Assembly (NCBI GenBank): GCA_963766885.1
Contig: CAVYBO010000002.1
Span: forward strand, 175,141 to 239,140
Source of the DNA: an uncultured bacterium
GTDB lineage: Bacteria; Patescibacteriota; Minisyncoccia; Phycocordibacterales; CAIRYW01
Direction of reading: 5' to 3'
DNA length: 64,000 nucleotides
Under the pieces are notes generated by a model. That model searched no databases, had not been told where the DNA came from, and saw nothing but the letters and a program-made list of their open reading frames with translations. The translations under genes were made by a program, and so were the position numbers. This document shows positions 48,725 through 58,551 of the stretch, piece after piece. Numbering within the stretch: the first letter of the stretch is position 1; every line of letters starts with the position of its first letter.

Positions 48725-50890
48725 CTATGATTTGATGACCTCTTCAGCTTCGACCTTTGAGTTAACTGTGGGAGCATATGTTTTGCGTAGATCATACTCT
48801 GCTTGTTTACCAACATTCCATTGACTGACTGGGCGCAAATAGCCGACAATTCTCGAATAGACTTCGCATTCATTTTGACAGCTTGGGCACAAAAAATGCT
48901 CCCCTGTTATATAGCCGTGGGAACGGCACACACTAAATGTTGGCGTTAGAGTGAAATACGGCAGATGATAATTTTCGCAAATTTTCTTGACAAGTTGAGG
49001 CACCGCTTGAGCATCAGCAATCCTTTCTCCAAGAAACAAATGAATAACTGTTCCTCCTGTATATTTGGTTTGGAGAGGGTCTTGAATATTTAAGGTTTCG
49101 ACTATGTCTTCTGTGTAATGAACTGGAAGATGAGAGGAGTTTGTGTAGAATGGTTCAGCTCCCTTTTTATATTCCTCTTCATTAGCAACGATAATTTCCG
49201 GATATTGTTTTTTATCTTTCAAAGCCAAGCGATAAGCTGTGCCTTCAGCGGGAGTTGCTTCAAGATTGTAAAGATTTCCTGTTTCTTTTTGGTAAGAGAT
49301 TAATCGCTTTCGCATAAAATCAAGGACTTCTTTAGCAAAAGCTTGGCCATTTTCGCTTCCAATATCTTTTCCCAAAAGATTCAAAGCTGCTTCATTCATA
49401 CCAACAAGACCGATAGTTGAAAAGTGATTGTACCAATATTTACCAAATCCGGTTTTGATATTACGTAAATAGAACTTTGTATATGGGTAAAGATTGGCAT
49501 CAGTTAACCGCTCCAAAACTTTTCGCTTAATTTCCAAGCTCTCTTTAGCGATATCCATTTTCAAAGCGAGATTGCTAAAGAATTCTGATTTTCCTTTTTT
49601 CTTGGAAACATAAGCAAGCTTAGGCAGATTTATAGTGACTACTCCAACCGAGCCGGTTAAAGCGTTAGCTCCGAAAAGCCCCCCTCCACGTCGATCAAGC
49701 TCTTCAAGGTCAAGTCTCAGCCGACAACACATCGATCTAGTATCTTCAGGCTTCATATCTGAGTTTATGAAATTACTGAAATATGGCACACCGTACTTGG
49801 CGGTAATCTCCCATAATCCTTTCAGATTTTGGTTACCCCAATCAAAATCTCGAGTAACATTGACTGTTGGAATAGGAAAAGTAAAAACTCTTCCTGCAGC
49901 ATCGCCTTCAGCCATTACTTCAAAGAAAGCTTTATTAAAGAGATCCATTTCGTGCTGAAAGTCTCCATATTTTTCTTCTTTGATTTTTCCTCCTATAACG
50001 ACTCCCTGATTCTTGAAATTCGGCGACGGTGTCAGATCAAGAGTAACGTTTGAAAAAGGGGTCTGAAAGCCTACGCGTGTCGGAACATTCATATTAAAGA
50101 TAAACTCTTGGAGACCCTGTTTAACTTCCTTAAAAGATAATTTATCGAATCGAATAAACGGGGCAAGCAGCGTGTCAAAGTTTGAAAATGCAATAGCGCC
50201 AGCCGCTTCTCCTTGCAAGGTGTACATAAAATTAACGACCTGTCCCAAGGCAGTACGAAAATGCTTCGGTGGAGCAGATTCAATCTTGTCAGGTGTGCCA
50301 CGAAATCCCTCAAGTAAAAGATCCATCAAGTCCCAGCCCACACAATAAATAGAAAGGGTTCCTAAATCGTGAAGATGCAAATCTCCATTTTCGTAAGCAA
50401 CTCTGATTTCCTTTGGATAAATTTTGTTAAGCCAGTAAATTTTGCTCTGTTCTGAAAAAATATAATTATTAAGACCCTGAAGCGAGTAACCCATATTGCT
50501 ATTCTCCTTAACCTGCCAATCAAGCTTGTCTAAATAGCTATCAATCAAATTAAGCGACACAGTTGTGGCAAAAGCCCTCATTTCAGCGTGCTGCCTGCGG
50601 TAAATGATGTATGCCTTGGCGGTTTGTTTAAAGCGCGATTTCAGCAGTACCTTTTCCACCAAATCCTGAACAAATTCAACATTCAAATCTTGTTTTAGAG
50701 GTTTGTTTTTGAGATCAAAAATAATTTTTTTGCCAAGTTCATTGGCCTCTTTTTTACCAAACTCACCAGTGGCAATGGCAGCCTTTTCAATAGCTCTGAT
50801 TATTTTCTTCTTTTTAAAAATTTCTTCCCTGCCGTCGCGCTTTATTATTTTTTTAAGCATAGTTTGAGCGTTGGATTGATAATAATTCAA
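48725..50890 (-). CDS. nrdD: anaerobic ribonucleoside-triphosphate reductase (class III)
   Basis: N-terminal ATP-cone, large class III barrel, C-terminal CPSCQNEC zinc site and glycyl-radical region RIVGY. Confidence 0.9.
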   Translation of the reverse strand: MNYYQSNAQTMLKKIIKRDGREEIFKKKKIIRAIEKAAIATGEFGKKEANELGKKIIFDLKNKPLKQDLNVEFVQDLVEKVLLKSRFKQTAKAYIIYRRQHAEMRAFATTVSLNLIDSYLDKLDWQVKENSNMGYSLQGLNNYIFSEQSKIYWLNKIYPKEIRVAYENGDLHLHDLGTLSIYCVGWDLMDLLLEGFRGTPDKIESAPPKHFRTALGQVVNFMYTLQGEAAGAIAFSNFDTLLAPFIRFDKLSFKEVKQGLQEFIFNMNVPTRVGFQTPFSNVTLDLTPSPNFKNQGVVIGGKIKEEKYGDFQHEMDLFNKAFFEVMAEGDAAGRVFTFPIPTVNVTRDFDWGNQNLKGLWEITAKYGVPYFSNFINSDMKPEDTRSMCCRLRLDLEELDRRGGGLFGANALTGSVGVVTINLPKLAYVSKKKGKSEFFSNLALKMDIAKESLEIKRKVLERLTDANLYPYTKFYLRNIKTGFGKYWYNHFSTIGLVGMNEAALNLLGKDIGSENGQAFAKEVLDFMRKRLISYQKETGNLYNLEATPAEGTAYRLALKDKKQYPEIIVANEEEYKKGAEPFYTNSSHLPVHYTEDIVETLNIQDPLQTKYTGGTVIHLFLGERIADAQAVPQLVKKICENYHLPYFTLTPTFSVCRSHGYITGEHFLCPSCQNECEVYSRIVGYLRPVSQWNVGKQAEYDLRKTYAPTVNSKVEAEEVIKS

Positions 50891-50981
50891 TTATCAATCT
50901 AATTTAATAATTTCGCAATTACTAAACCAGTGGATAACAGAGTTCAACACGCAAATCGTAAGATTGCAAATTCAATCTCCC

Positions 50982-51007
50982 AAATTACCAGTATTTACAG
51001 GTAATTT
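50982..51007. promoter_or_regulatory. palindromic operator candidate AAATTACC-N10-GGTAATTT between the ArsR-like regulator and nrdD
   Basis: Perfect 8-bp inverted arms about 92 bp upstream of the nrdD start and 12 bp after the arsR-like stop. Confidence 0.4.
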
Positions 51008-51018
51008 CTAGACAATCT

Positions 51019-51387
51019 TTAGACCACCATTCTACGGTGTCTTAGGTTGTGCAATATCTTACAAGGCTCAACGATCCTAGGATCAACGATTTTATAGAAA
51101 ATATTTAGCCCGTGTCGGCGAGTTTTTACCAGTCCGTTGTGTCGAAGAAGTGCCAAGTGTTGGGAAAGATTAGCTTTTGATATTTTGGTGATTTTCAGAA
51201 GCTCATCAACACCCACTTCCCTTTTCTTCAAAATATTAAGCACCTCAAGGCGTTTTGGGTTGGCCAATATCTTGTAGATATCTGCATTTTTATTATAAGC
51301 TTCTTGCGGTAGTGGTGATTTCATAATTGCGATACTTAGTAATTTAAGTATATCAGTCTCAAGATATAATTCAAATCGTGTCTTCAA
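51019..51387 (-). CDS. ArsR/SmtB-family winged-helix transcriptional regulator
   Basis: ILANPKRLEVLNILKK…ISKANLSQHLALLRHNGLV HTH signature. Confidence 0.7.
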   Translation of the reverse strand: MKTRFELYLETDILKLLSIAIMKSPLPQEAYNKNADIYKILANPKRLEVLNILKKREVGVDELLKITKISKANLSQHLALLRHNGLVKTRRHGLNIFYKIVDPRIVEPCKILHNLRHRRMVV

Positions 51388-52615
51388 TTTCCATCAATCT
51401 GTTGTATTTAGAGACCCTTTCTCCCCTTACCAATGACCCTGATTTTATATAATCACACGATAGCCCGACGGCAAGATCTGCAATAAATGTGTCCGTTGTC
51501 TCACCCGAACGATGCGAGACAAAAGGTGTCCAACCTTGTTTTTTTGTCATTTCAACCGCTCTTATTGTTTCAGTGAGCGTTCCTATTTGGTTGAGTTTGA
51601 TAAGAACAGAATTAATAGCTTCCTTTTCAGTTGCTTTTTGAATTCTCTTTATGTTTGTGACGGTCAAATCATCCCCTACTATTTTTATTTTATCTCCAAG
51701 AGTTCTATTCATTTCTGAAAAACCCTCCCAATCATCTTCAGCCAGCCCATCTTCAATTGAGATAATCGGATAAGTGTTAACCATCTTTTCATACCAATCA
51801 ATTAAGCCAGAAGTATTTATACTTCTCTTATGCCCATCAATTCTGAGCCAATACGCGTCGTCATTATAAAAAGTTGAGGCCGCCGCATCTATTCCTATTT
51901 TTATTTTTTCAGTTGAATATCCAGAATCTTTAATCGCCCGAACTATAAGTTCTAGAGCTTCTTCATTTGAAGAAAGTTTAGGAGCGAATCCCCCCTCGTC
52001 TCCAACACTTACAGCATATCCTTTTGACATCAAAATTTTTCTTAGTGCTGAAATTACTTCTGAGGCTGCACGTACTTTCTCCTTAAAAGAATCGAAATTA
52101 ATTGGACCAATCATAAATTCTTGAATATCAAGCCCACTGTCGGAATGTTTGCCGCCGTTTATAATATTAAACATCGGCTGAGGAAGTTTAAAAGTTTTAT
52201 TTTCTGCCAAATTACCAATGTATTCGTATAGTTCAATCTTTTCTTCTCTGGCTTTAGCCCGAGCAAACGAGAGCGACACAGAAAGAATAGTGTTGGCACC
52301 AAGTCTTGATTTATTTTCTGTTCCATCGAGATCAATTAACGCTTTATCCAGTGTATTCTGATTAAACTCATTATTTTGAATACATAAGTTTATTTCATCA
52401 TTAACATTTTTTACTGCTATAAGTACACCAAACCCGTTGTATCGCTTTTTGTCGCCGTCTCTTAGTTCTAGAGCCTCGTGAATACCCGTGCTTGCTCCTG
52501 ACGGCACTGATGCAACTTCTGTAATTCCACTTGAGAGTTCACACATAGTTTCTATCGTCGGATTGCCTCTTGAATCAATAATTTCTCTTGCTTTAACTGA
52601 TTTTATTTTTGTCAT
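51371..52615 (-). CDS. eno: enolase
   Basis: Full-length enolase signatures (SRGNPTIE…, IKLNQIGTLTET, SHRSGETED-like). Confidence 0.95.
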   Translation of the reverse strand: MTKIKSVKAREIIDSRGNPTIETMCELSSGITEVASVPSGASTGIHEALELRDGDKKRYNGFGVLIAVKNVNDEINLCIQNNEFNQNTLDKALIDLDGTENKSRLGANTILSVSLSFARAKAREEKIELYEYIGNLAENKTFKLPQPMFNIINGGKHSDSGLDIQEFMIGPINFDSFKEKVRAASEVISALRKILMSKGYAVSVGDEGGFAPKLSSNEEALELIVRAIKDSGYSTEKIKIGIDAAASTFYNDDAYWLRIDGHKRSINTSGLIDWYEKMVNTYPIISIEDGLAEDDWEGFSEMNRTLGDKIKIVGDDLTVTNIKRIQKATEKEAINSVLIKLNQIGTLTETIRAVEMTKKQGWTPFVSHRSGETTDTFIADLAVGLSCDYIKSGSLVRGERVSKYNRLMEIEDTI

Positions 52616-53424
52616 TATAAAAGATGAAAGTTATCAATTATGTGTTTTTCGGCTTCAACCAATATTTTTTCCATCATCTTCACTGCTTCAACAGGATATT
52701 TACCTTTTGTTGTTTCTTCTGAGAGCATTACAGCATCAGAACCTTGAATAATAGCGTTAGCCACATCAGTAACCTCCGCCCTAGTTGGGGTGGGATTTTC
52801 TACCATCGACAAAAGCATTTGTGTGGCAGTAATGACCGGTTTTCCAGCTTCTTTACACTTCTTAATTATATCCGCTTGCACAAAAGGTATTTGCTCAAGA
52901 GGTACTTCGTTTCCCAGATCGCCACGAGCTACCATAACAGCGTCTGTCACTTCAATAATCTGGTTAATTTTTTCAACACCAACGGCACGTTCTATTTTTG
53001 CAACTATTTTTTGGGTACCAGAACATTCTTTTATTATTTTTCTACAAAGATTTATGTCTTCTGGACCGCCAACAAATGAAACCGCTATATAATCAACATT
53101 TTGCTCAGCTGCGAATTTTATAAATTCTTTGTCATTGTCAGTAATTGCAGAAACTGCGCTGTGATTATATGTATGCTCCGCACTTTCCTGAATTCTTGGC
53201 CCAGGTAGATCAATTAAGATAAGAATCTTTCGTCCGCATTCTTTTTCAAGCTCTCGGATAAGTTTAATTTGACGCACCCTTTCATCAAGATGACTCCAGG
53301 AAAAGTTAAACCTGACCACATCAAGCTCGTGTTCGATCATCGCCTTAAGAGTTTCCCTATTATCAGATGCCGGGCCTATAGTCGCTACTATTTGTGCTTT
53401 TGAATTTGTTTGAAAATTTGTCAT
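52615..53424 (-). CDS. truncated pyruvate kinase: A-domain barrel only, lacking B (lid) and C-terminal domains
   Basis: [69 protein letters not shown] are all PK-specific. Only 269 aa, and the K+/substrate loop jumps directly to the second barrel half. Confidence 0.55.
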   Translation of the reverse strand: MTNFQTNSKAQIVATIGPASDNRETLKAMIEHELDVVRFNFSWSHLDERVRQIKLIRELEKECGRKILILIDLPGPRIQESAEHTYNHSAVSAITDNDKEFIKFAAEQNVDYIAVSFVGGPEDINLCRKIIKECSGTQKIVAKIERAVGVEKINQIIEVTDAVMVARGDLGNEVPLEQIPFVQADIIKKCKEAGKPVITATQMLLSMVENPTPTRAEVTDVANAIIQGSDAVMLSEETTKGKYPVEAVKMMEKILVEAEKHIIDNFHLL

Positions 53425-54065
53425 GCGTTTACTTTGGATTCCACTTTTTTAATCTGCTTTTTAATCATTTTTCCTTGACTATCAACATCATATATTAAAA
53501 CGGCACCGAAAAGCATCTCAACATTCTTTATTTTCTCATCAGATATATTTTCAATGTATTTCATCAAGGCTCTGATCGCATTGCCATGAGAGACAATCAA
53601 AACATTTTTATCGTTATTAAGTAGCGGGACAATATGCTCTTGGTAATACGGCACGGCTCTTTCATACACCATTTTCAGAGTCTCCCCGTTCGGTACCGGG
53701 CAATCCCAGTCTCTTCTTATGCAATCAAATTTCTCTTCACCGAACAGCTTTTCCATTTCCCATTTATTTTTTCCCGTGTAATCTCCGTAATCTCTTTCAT
53801 TCAAAGCGGCAGAAAATTCCACAGGCACATCAAGGTCTTTGGCTTTTTCCTCCATTCCAAGAAGTGTTTCGTACGAGCGAATTTGAGCCGAAGCAAAAGC
53901 TTGATCAATGTGAATTACCTCGATCAACTCTCCCATTTCTTCAGATTTTCTGAATCCATATTCGGTCAAATGCACATCTCGGCTTCCAGTCCATTTTCCA
54001 AGTTTGTTCCATTCCGATTCATGATGTCTTGCGATTATAAGCTTCCCTGTTTTTTTAAATTGCAT
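53421..54065 (-). CDS. gpmA: 2,3-bisphosphoglycerate-dependent phosphoglycerate mutase
   Basis: RHHESEWN (RHGxxxWN) catalytic motif. Confidence 0.8.
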   Translation of the reverse strand: MQFKKTGKLIIARHHESEWNKLGKWTGSRDVHLTEYGFRKSEEMGELIEVIHIDQAFASAQIRSYETLLGMEEKAKDLDVPVEFSAALNERDYGDYTGKNKWEMEKLFGEEKFDCIRRDWDCPVPNGETLKMVYERAVPYYQEHIVPLLNNDKNVLIVSHGNAIRALMKYIENISDEKIKNVEMLFGAVLIYDVDSQGKMIKKQIKKVESKVNA

Positions 54066-54066
54066 T

Positions 54067-55041
54067 TTATTTGTTTATAATATTTTTCGGCATCTTTCCG
54101 TCAAAAAAATCAATAATGTTTTGAGCGGCAAGCTCTGCCATCTGATTGCGCGTTTCGATGCTTGCAGATGCGATATGAGGAGTTAGAATCACATTCTGAA
54201 GTTTGATCAGACCTTTGGAAATATTTGGCTCAAATTCAAAAACATCCAAAGCCGCTCCGGCAATAATTTCTTCTCTTAGACATTTTTCCAAGGCAACTTC
54301 ATCAATAACAGGACCGCGGGAAGTGTTGATTAGAAAGCTGGTTGGCTTCATCATTTTTAATCTGGCTTCATTGATAAGATGCTTCGTTGAATCCATAAGA
54401 GGAACATGAAGTGAAATTACATCAGCTCTTTGCAAAACTTCTTCTGGTGAAACGCAATACGTTGCTCCGCAATTTTCTTCAATTCTGCTATTTCTAACAA
54501 CATCTGTATAAATAATCCTCATACCCAGTCCTTGGGCGTAATGTGCAACCCTTTCTCCGATTCTACCAGCACCGATGAGACCCAGTGTTTTGCCAATAAT
54601 ATCTGTACCTATAAAATTCATCGGCGCCCAGCCTTTGTACTTTCCATCCCGAACAAATTGGTCTGCCTCAACGATTCGCCCTGCAAGAGCAAGCATTAAA
54701 GCAATGGCGTGCTCTGCAACAGATTCGGAAGTTTGCTCTGCCGGAGCGTTTGTTATTACAATTCCTCTTTTTTTGGCTTCTACGAGATCAATATTGTCAA
54801 AACCAGTTGCGTAGTTAGCATATATTTTTACACTAGGTGCCACATCAAAAACAGAAGCATCAATTTTGTCAGTCAACAAAGAAAGCACTCCGTCATAGTT
54901 TCCGTTTTTTAAATTCTTGATCAGATCTCTTTGGCTCAAGATTTCATCTTTTGGATATATTTCCAACTGATATCCCTTATCAGCAAGCATCTTGATTCCA
55001 ATGTCTGGAATCTTTCTTGTTACAAAAATTTTTTTGGTCAT
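54067..55041 (-). CDS. D-isomer-specific 2-hydroxyacid dehydrogenase (glycerate/hydroxypyruvate reductase-like)
   Basis: GLIGAGRIGERVA NAD site and catalytic His region (PHIASAS). Confidence 0.8.
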   Translation of the reverse strand: MTKKIFVTRKIPDIGIKMLADKGYQLEIYPKDEILSQRDLIKNLKNGNYDGVLSLLTDKIDASVFDVAPSVKIYANYATGFDNIDLVEAKKRGIVITNAPAEQTSESVAEHAIALMLALAGRIVEADQFVRDGKYKGWAPMNFIGTDIIGKTLGLIGAGRIGERVAHYAQGLGMRIIYTDVVRNSRIEENCGATYCVSPEEVLQRADVISLHVPLMDSTKHLINEARLKMMKPTSFLINTSRGPVIDEVALEKCLREEIIAGAALDVFEFEPNISKGLIKLQNVILTPHIASASIETRNQMAELAAQNIIDFFDGKMPKNIINK

Positions 55042-55051
55042 TTATTATATA

Positions 55052-56185
55052 TTAACAATTATCAGCTCCAATTGCTTGGCTTATGTTAGTAAATCCATCT
55101 CTTTTGAGAAGTTTAGCCAAACCCTGGTTTATCTCACTTATAACCTGCGGGCCTTCAAATATCATTCCTGTAATCATCTGGATAAGCGTCGCACCGAGGC
55201 GGATTTTTTTATATGCATCTTCAGCAGTAAATACTCCACCGCATCCTACAAGCACAAACCTTTTCCCTTCTCTCTTATAAATATATGCAAGCATATTATC
55301 AGCAAGATCCTGAACGACTTTCCCGCTCATTCCACCCACATCAGGAATTGAACTGTCTTTGATTTTCGGGTTGTCCTTTTTCTTAGTGAGATTGGCGCAA
55401 ATAATTCCTTGGATACGATGGTTTCGCGCAACATCAAGAATAGCGTCAAGCTGTGAATGATTGAGGTCCGGAGACATTTTTATAAAAACAGGTTTTTTGG
55501 TTGGAATCTCATCCAGAATATCAAAAAGGTAATCTAGTTTATGCGGCGCAACAAAAGACTGCCCACCTATAGCATTTGGACAGCTAATATTTACCGTAAT
55601 GTAGTTGGCTACAGGTTCCATGATTCTGAAAGCTTTTGCAAAATCTTTGATACCATCTTTAAGCACAAGATTCTCTTTGCAATTAGTCATAGCTATTGAG
55701 ATACCTATTGGGATATTGAATTTTTTATCTTTAAGCTTTTGCAATATTGCTTCGCAGCCATCATTTTTAAGACCGTAATAAACTACAAGGCTTTTTGATT
55801 TTGGTAGACGCCAAAGCCGAGGTTTTGGATTGCCCTCATATTTTTCTCCCGTGATTGATCCAACTTCAGAGAAACCAAAGCCAACATCAGCAATAATGTC
55901 AGTAAGTTCTGCATTTTTGTCAAAACCGGCGGAAAGCCCTATTGGATTTTTAAAATTTATACCGAGGACTTCTTGTTCCAATACAGGATTGTTATAACCA
56001 AATAATCCTCGCGTTAATTTCTGGCAAAAAGAATATTTACCCATCCGCGCACCAAGTTTTGTCATTCTGTCGTGTATTGTTTCCGGATCATTCAGGAAAA
56101 AAACAGGTTTGAGGATACCAGAATATAATACATGATTTATCTTGTTTCTATAGTATGTGGCTTTTTCATTCATATATAGTTTCAA
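55052..56185 (-). CDS. pyrD: dihydroorotate dehydrogenase with class-2-like N-terminal extension but Cys catalytic base (NISCPN)
   Basis: GLSAGFDKNAE, GFGFSEVGSIT, PRLWRL, NISCPN, GCGGV motifs; N-terminal ~40-aa helical extension. Confidence 0.75.
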   Translation of the reverse strand: MKLYMNEKATYYRNKINHVLYSGILKPVFFLNDPETIHDRMTKLGARMGKYSFCQKLTRGLFGYNNPVLEQEVLGINFKNPIGLSAGFDKNAELTDIIADVGFGFSEVGSITGEKYEGNPKPRLWRLPKSKSLVVYYGLKNDGCEAILQKLKDKKFNIPIGISIAMTNCKENLVLKDGIKDFAKAFRIMEPVANYITVNISCPNAIGGQSFVAPHKLDYLFDILDEIPTKKPVFIKMSPDLNHSQLDAILDVARNHRIQGIICANLTKKKDNPKIKDSSIPDVGGMSGKVVQDLADNMLAYIYKREGKRFVLVGCGGVFTAEDAYKKIRLGATLIQMITGMIFEGPQVISEINQGLAKLLKRDGFTNISQAIGADNC

Positions 56186-56434
56186 AGTTAATTGATTACT
56201 TGATTATAATATAACACAAATAAAAATGAAAACCATATTCCGAACATGAAATCTAAGGTCTTGCTTATCGGGCATCAGGGTCTTCCGATACTAAATACTC
56301 TTGGCGGTGTGTCGGAGTTAAGTACCTGTGAGTCCAATCCCTATAAGCATCTTCTGACATCTTTTTGGAAATTAATTTGAAGGGTCAGAGTCTACATCAA
56401 TATTTTAAAAATGAGACAAATGAAACATTAATTA

Positions 56435-57241
56435 TCAGTGTGAGAAAAACGCCTCCGTATAAATTTTTTCTTCAGAGATTTTAAAAGATCGCAAATCACG
56501 CCAAATATCTCGAGTAAAAGATATAGAGCCGCAAATCAGAAATTCAGTATCTGAATCAATCGGAATACTTTCAATAATTTTTTGTCCGGTAATTCTACCT
56601 TCAAAAATTTTCTCTGAAACCTTTTCTCTTGTTATAAAATAATTCACCTTAAAATTTTTATACTGATTTTGAAGTTCATCAAAAGTTTTTCTAAAAATTA
56701 TATCCTGAAGCGTTTTGTTGCTATAAAAAAGAGTCATTTTTCTTAATGGGTTATTCAAAAGAGCTGAAATAATCATGCTCCTGAAAGGAGCGATACCAAT
56801 GCCGGCAGCAACCATAACCAAATGGCTTTTTTCAGATTCGCTGTAGAAAAATCCATATGGCAAAGAAGCTATGATTCTATCTCCTGTTTTTTTCGCTACA
56901 AGACTATTTGAAAACTCACCAATAGCTTTGACTGTAATACTAATTAATCTTTCCTTTGGAGAGCTGGATATGCTGTATGCTTTGCCCTCTGGCGTGTTGG
57001 TCTCAGGAAAATAGACAGTTATGAATTGCCCAGGAACATAGTGCGGGCAAACTTTATTCCAATTAATAAGTCTTAACGTGGAAACCCCCTTTGCTTCCAT
57101 TATATTGCTTTGCACCATGTATGTTTCTTTAATTTCTCTTTTCATCGCTGTTTTCGTAATCTTCAATTGCTTCTCGTAAAGCCTCATGCCCCAAGACCGA
57201 GCAGTGATATTTCCTGTCTGGAAGGCCACCAAGGCGATCAA
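56435..57241 (-). CDS. FNR-like FAD/NAD(P)-binding oxidoreductase, copy 2 (identical protein), directly upstream of pyrD
   Basis: Identical 268-aa translation to 45732..46538. Confidence 0.6.
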   Translation of the reverse strand: MIALVAFQTGNITARSWGMRLYEKQLKITKTAMKREIKETYMVQSNIMEAKGVSTLRLINWNKVCPHYVPGQFITVYFPETNTPEGKAYSISSSPKERLISITVKAIGEFSNSLVAKKTGDRIIASLPYGFFYSESEKSHLVMVAAGIGIAPFRSMIISALLNNPLRKMTLFYSNKTLQDIIFRKTFDELQNQYKNFKVNYFITREKVSEKIFEGRITGQKIIESIPIDSDTEFLICGSISFTRDIWRDLRSFKISEEKIYTEAFFSH

Positions 57242-57417
57242 TTATTGATTCCGGGGTCAGCCGCTTTGCCCGATCAACAGTCATGCCACTGTTTTCAGTT
57301 GCCATAACTGACATCATTGATGTCGAAGCGATTGCTGAGGCACAACCAAATGTTCGCCATTTGCATTCGCTGATTTTTTTTGTTTTCTTATCTACTCTAA
57401 TCCAAACAATCATCATG
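57129..57417 (-). pseudogene. 5'-truncated iscU copy (C-terminal ~96 codons) abutting the IS3 element
   Basis: Identical to the 3' part of iscU at 46426..46866; the reading frame upstream is replaced by IS sequence. Confidence 0.7.
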
Positions 57418-57478
57418 TGGCCCTCCCCCCAAATTTCATACACCAACCTTGTATAATTAGAAGCTAATATACAAGCAT

Positions 57479-57733
57479 ATGAAAAGACAAAAAATAGCCC
57501 CTGAAATAAAGGAGCAGATTATTAACAGAATCAAGAATGATGGTATCAGTGTAGTCCAAGCAGCCAAAGAGCATGGCATCAGCGATGTCACCATATATGG
57601 GTGGATAGCCAAGAAAACCAAAGGTCAGCCAACTCTTTCAGAGGTAATTAAACTCAAGCGAGAAAATGCTCAACTGCTTCAGTTAGTTGGAGAAATTACT
57701 CTAAAGCTCTCAGAAACCCAAAAAAAGAATTGA
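57479..57733 (+). CDS. IS3-family transposase OrfA (HTH)
   Basis: HTH plus leucine-zipper-like C-terminus; ends at the AAAAAAG frameshift motif (about 57717..57724). Confidence 0.8.
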   Translation: MKRQKIAPEIKEQIINRIKNDGISVVQAAKEHGISDVTIYGWIAKKTKGQPTLSEVIKLKRENAQLLQLVGEITLKLSETQKKN

Positions 57734-58551
57734 AAGAAAATAGTGAGACTCCCAAAACTCTTCGGGCCAGAGAGCTTGGGATCTCCCGCAGCACTCTCTA
57801 CTACAAACCAAAGAAACCTGACAAAGATTGGGAACTAAAATGTCAGATTGAAGAAGTTCTCAGAGAGCATCCTTCATATGGTTCTCCACGCATCGCCCTT
57901 GCCCTCAAAAGAAACCACAAACCGATTGAACGAGTGATGAAACTTTTCGGTATCAAGGCATATCGCAGACGTGGTAGAAGATGGAAAAAATCGAAGAATA
58001 TCAAAGTTATTTACCCAAATCTTCTTTTGACTAATTATCCCCAATATGAAAATCATATCTGGGTGACAGACTTCACCCGCATACCCTTTGAAAACAAAAC
58101 CATCTATGTGGCTACAGTCGAAGATTTGTTCACCAGAAAAATTGTTGGGTTGTCAGTATACACCACCCATGCTGTTCAATTGGTTTTAGCATCATTCATG
58201 TCGGCTCTTCAAAATAATCCCAGACCAAAAATTTTCCACTCTGACAACGGCAGTGAATACAACTCGGAGGTGTTCATTCAGGCGCTGCAGACCGTCGGGG
58301 TATTGATTTCTCGTTCTGCTCCAGGTTGTCCGTGGGAGAATGGGTACCAGGAATCTTTCTACGACAAATTCAAAATTGATCTTGGGGATTCTTCCCGATT
58401 CAAAACATTGGGAGAGCTGGTGTTCGCTATTTACCAAACAATTTACATTTACAACAACACCAGGATTCATACCGCCCTCAAAATGTCACCCGTGCAATTT
58501 GCACTTTCGTCGGCTCGAGAATACAATTCAGCTAACAAGGTTAGTGTCTGA
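57730..58551 (+). CDS. IS3-family transposase OrfB (rve integrase core, DDE)
   Basis: HIWVTDFT (D), HSDNGSEY (D), PWENGYQESF (E) integrase-core motifs. Confidence 0.85.
   Translation: MKENSETPKTLRARELGISRSTLYYKPKKPDKDWELKCQIEEVLREHPSYGSPRIALALKRNHKPIERVMKLFGIKAYRRRGRRWKKSKNIKVIYPNLLLTNYPQYENHIWVTDFTRIPFENKTIYVATVEDLFTRKIVGLSVYTTHAVQLVLASFMSALQNNPRPKIFHSDNGSEYNSEVFIQALQTVGVLISRSAPGCPWENGYQESFYDKFKIDLGDSSRFKTLGELVFAIYQTIYIYNNTRIHTALKMSPVQFALSSAREYNSANKVSV

Larger units (their letters stand above)
56293..57418. repeat. ~1.1 kb segmental duplication, copy 2; ends exactly at the IS3-family element
   Basis: Near-identical to 45597..46715; homology stops at the first base of the IS left inverted repeat. 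Confidence 0.85.

Noticed and set aside
52615-53424. Alternative reading of the 269-aa protein as an HpcH/HpaI-type aldolase (same barrel superfamily, similar length)
   Set aside because: The motifs [26 protein letters not shown] and [12 protein letters not shown] are specific to pyruvate kinase rather than the aldolase family.
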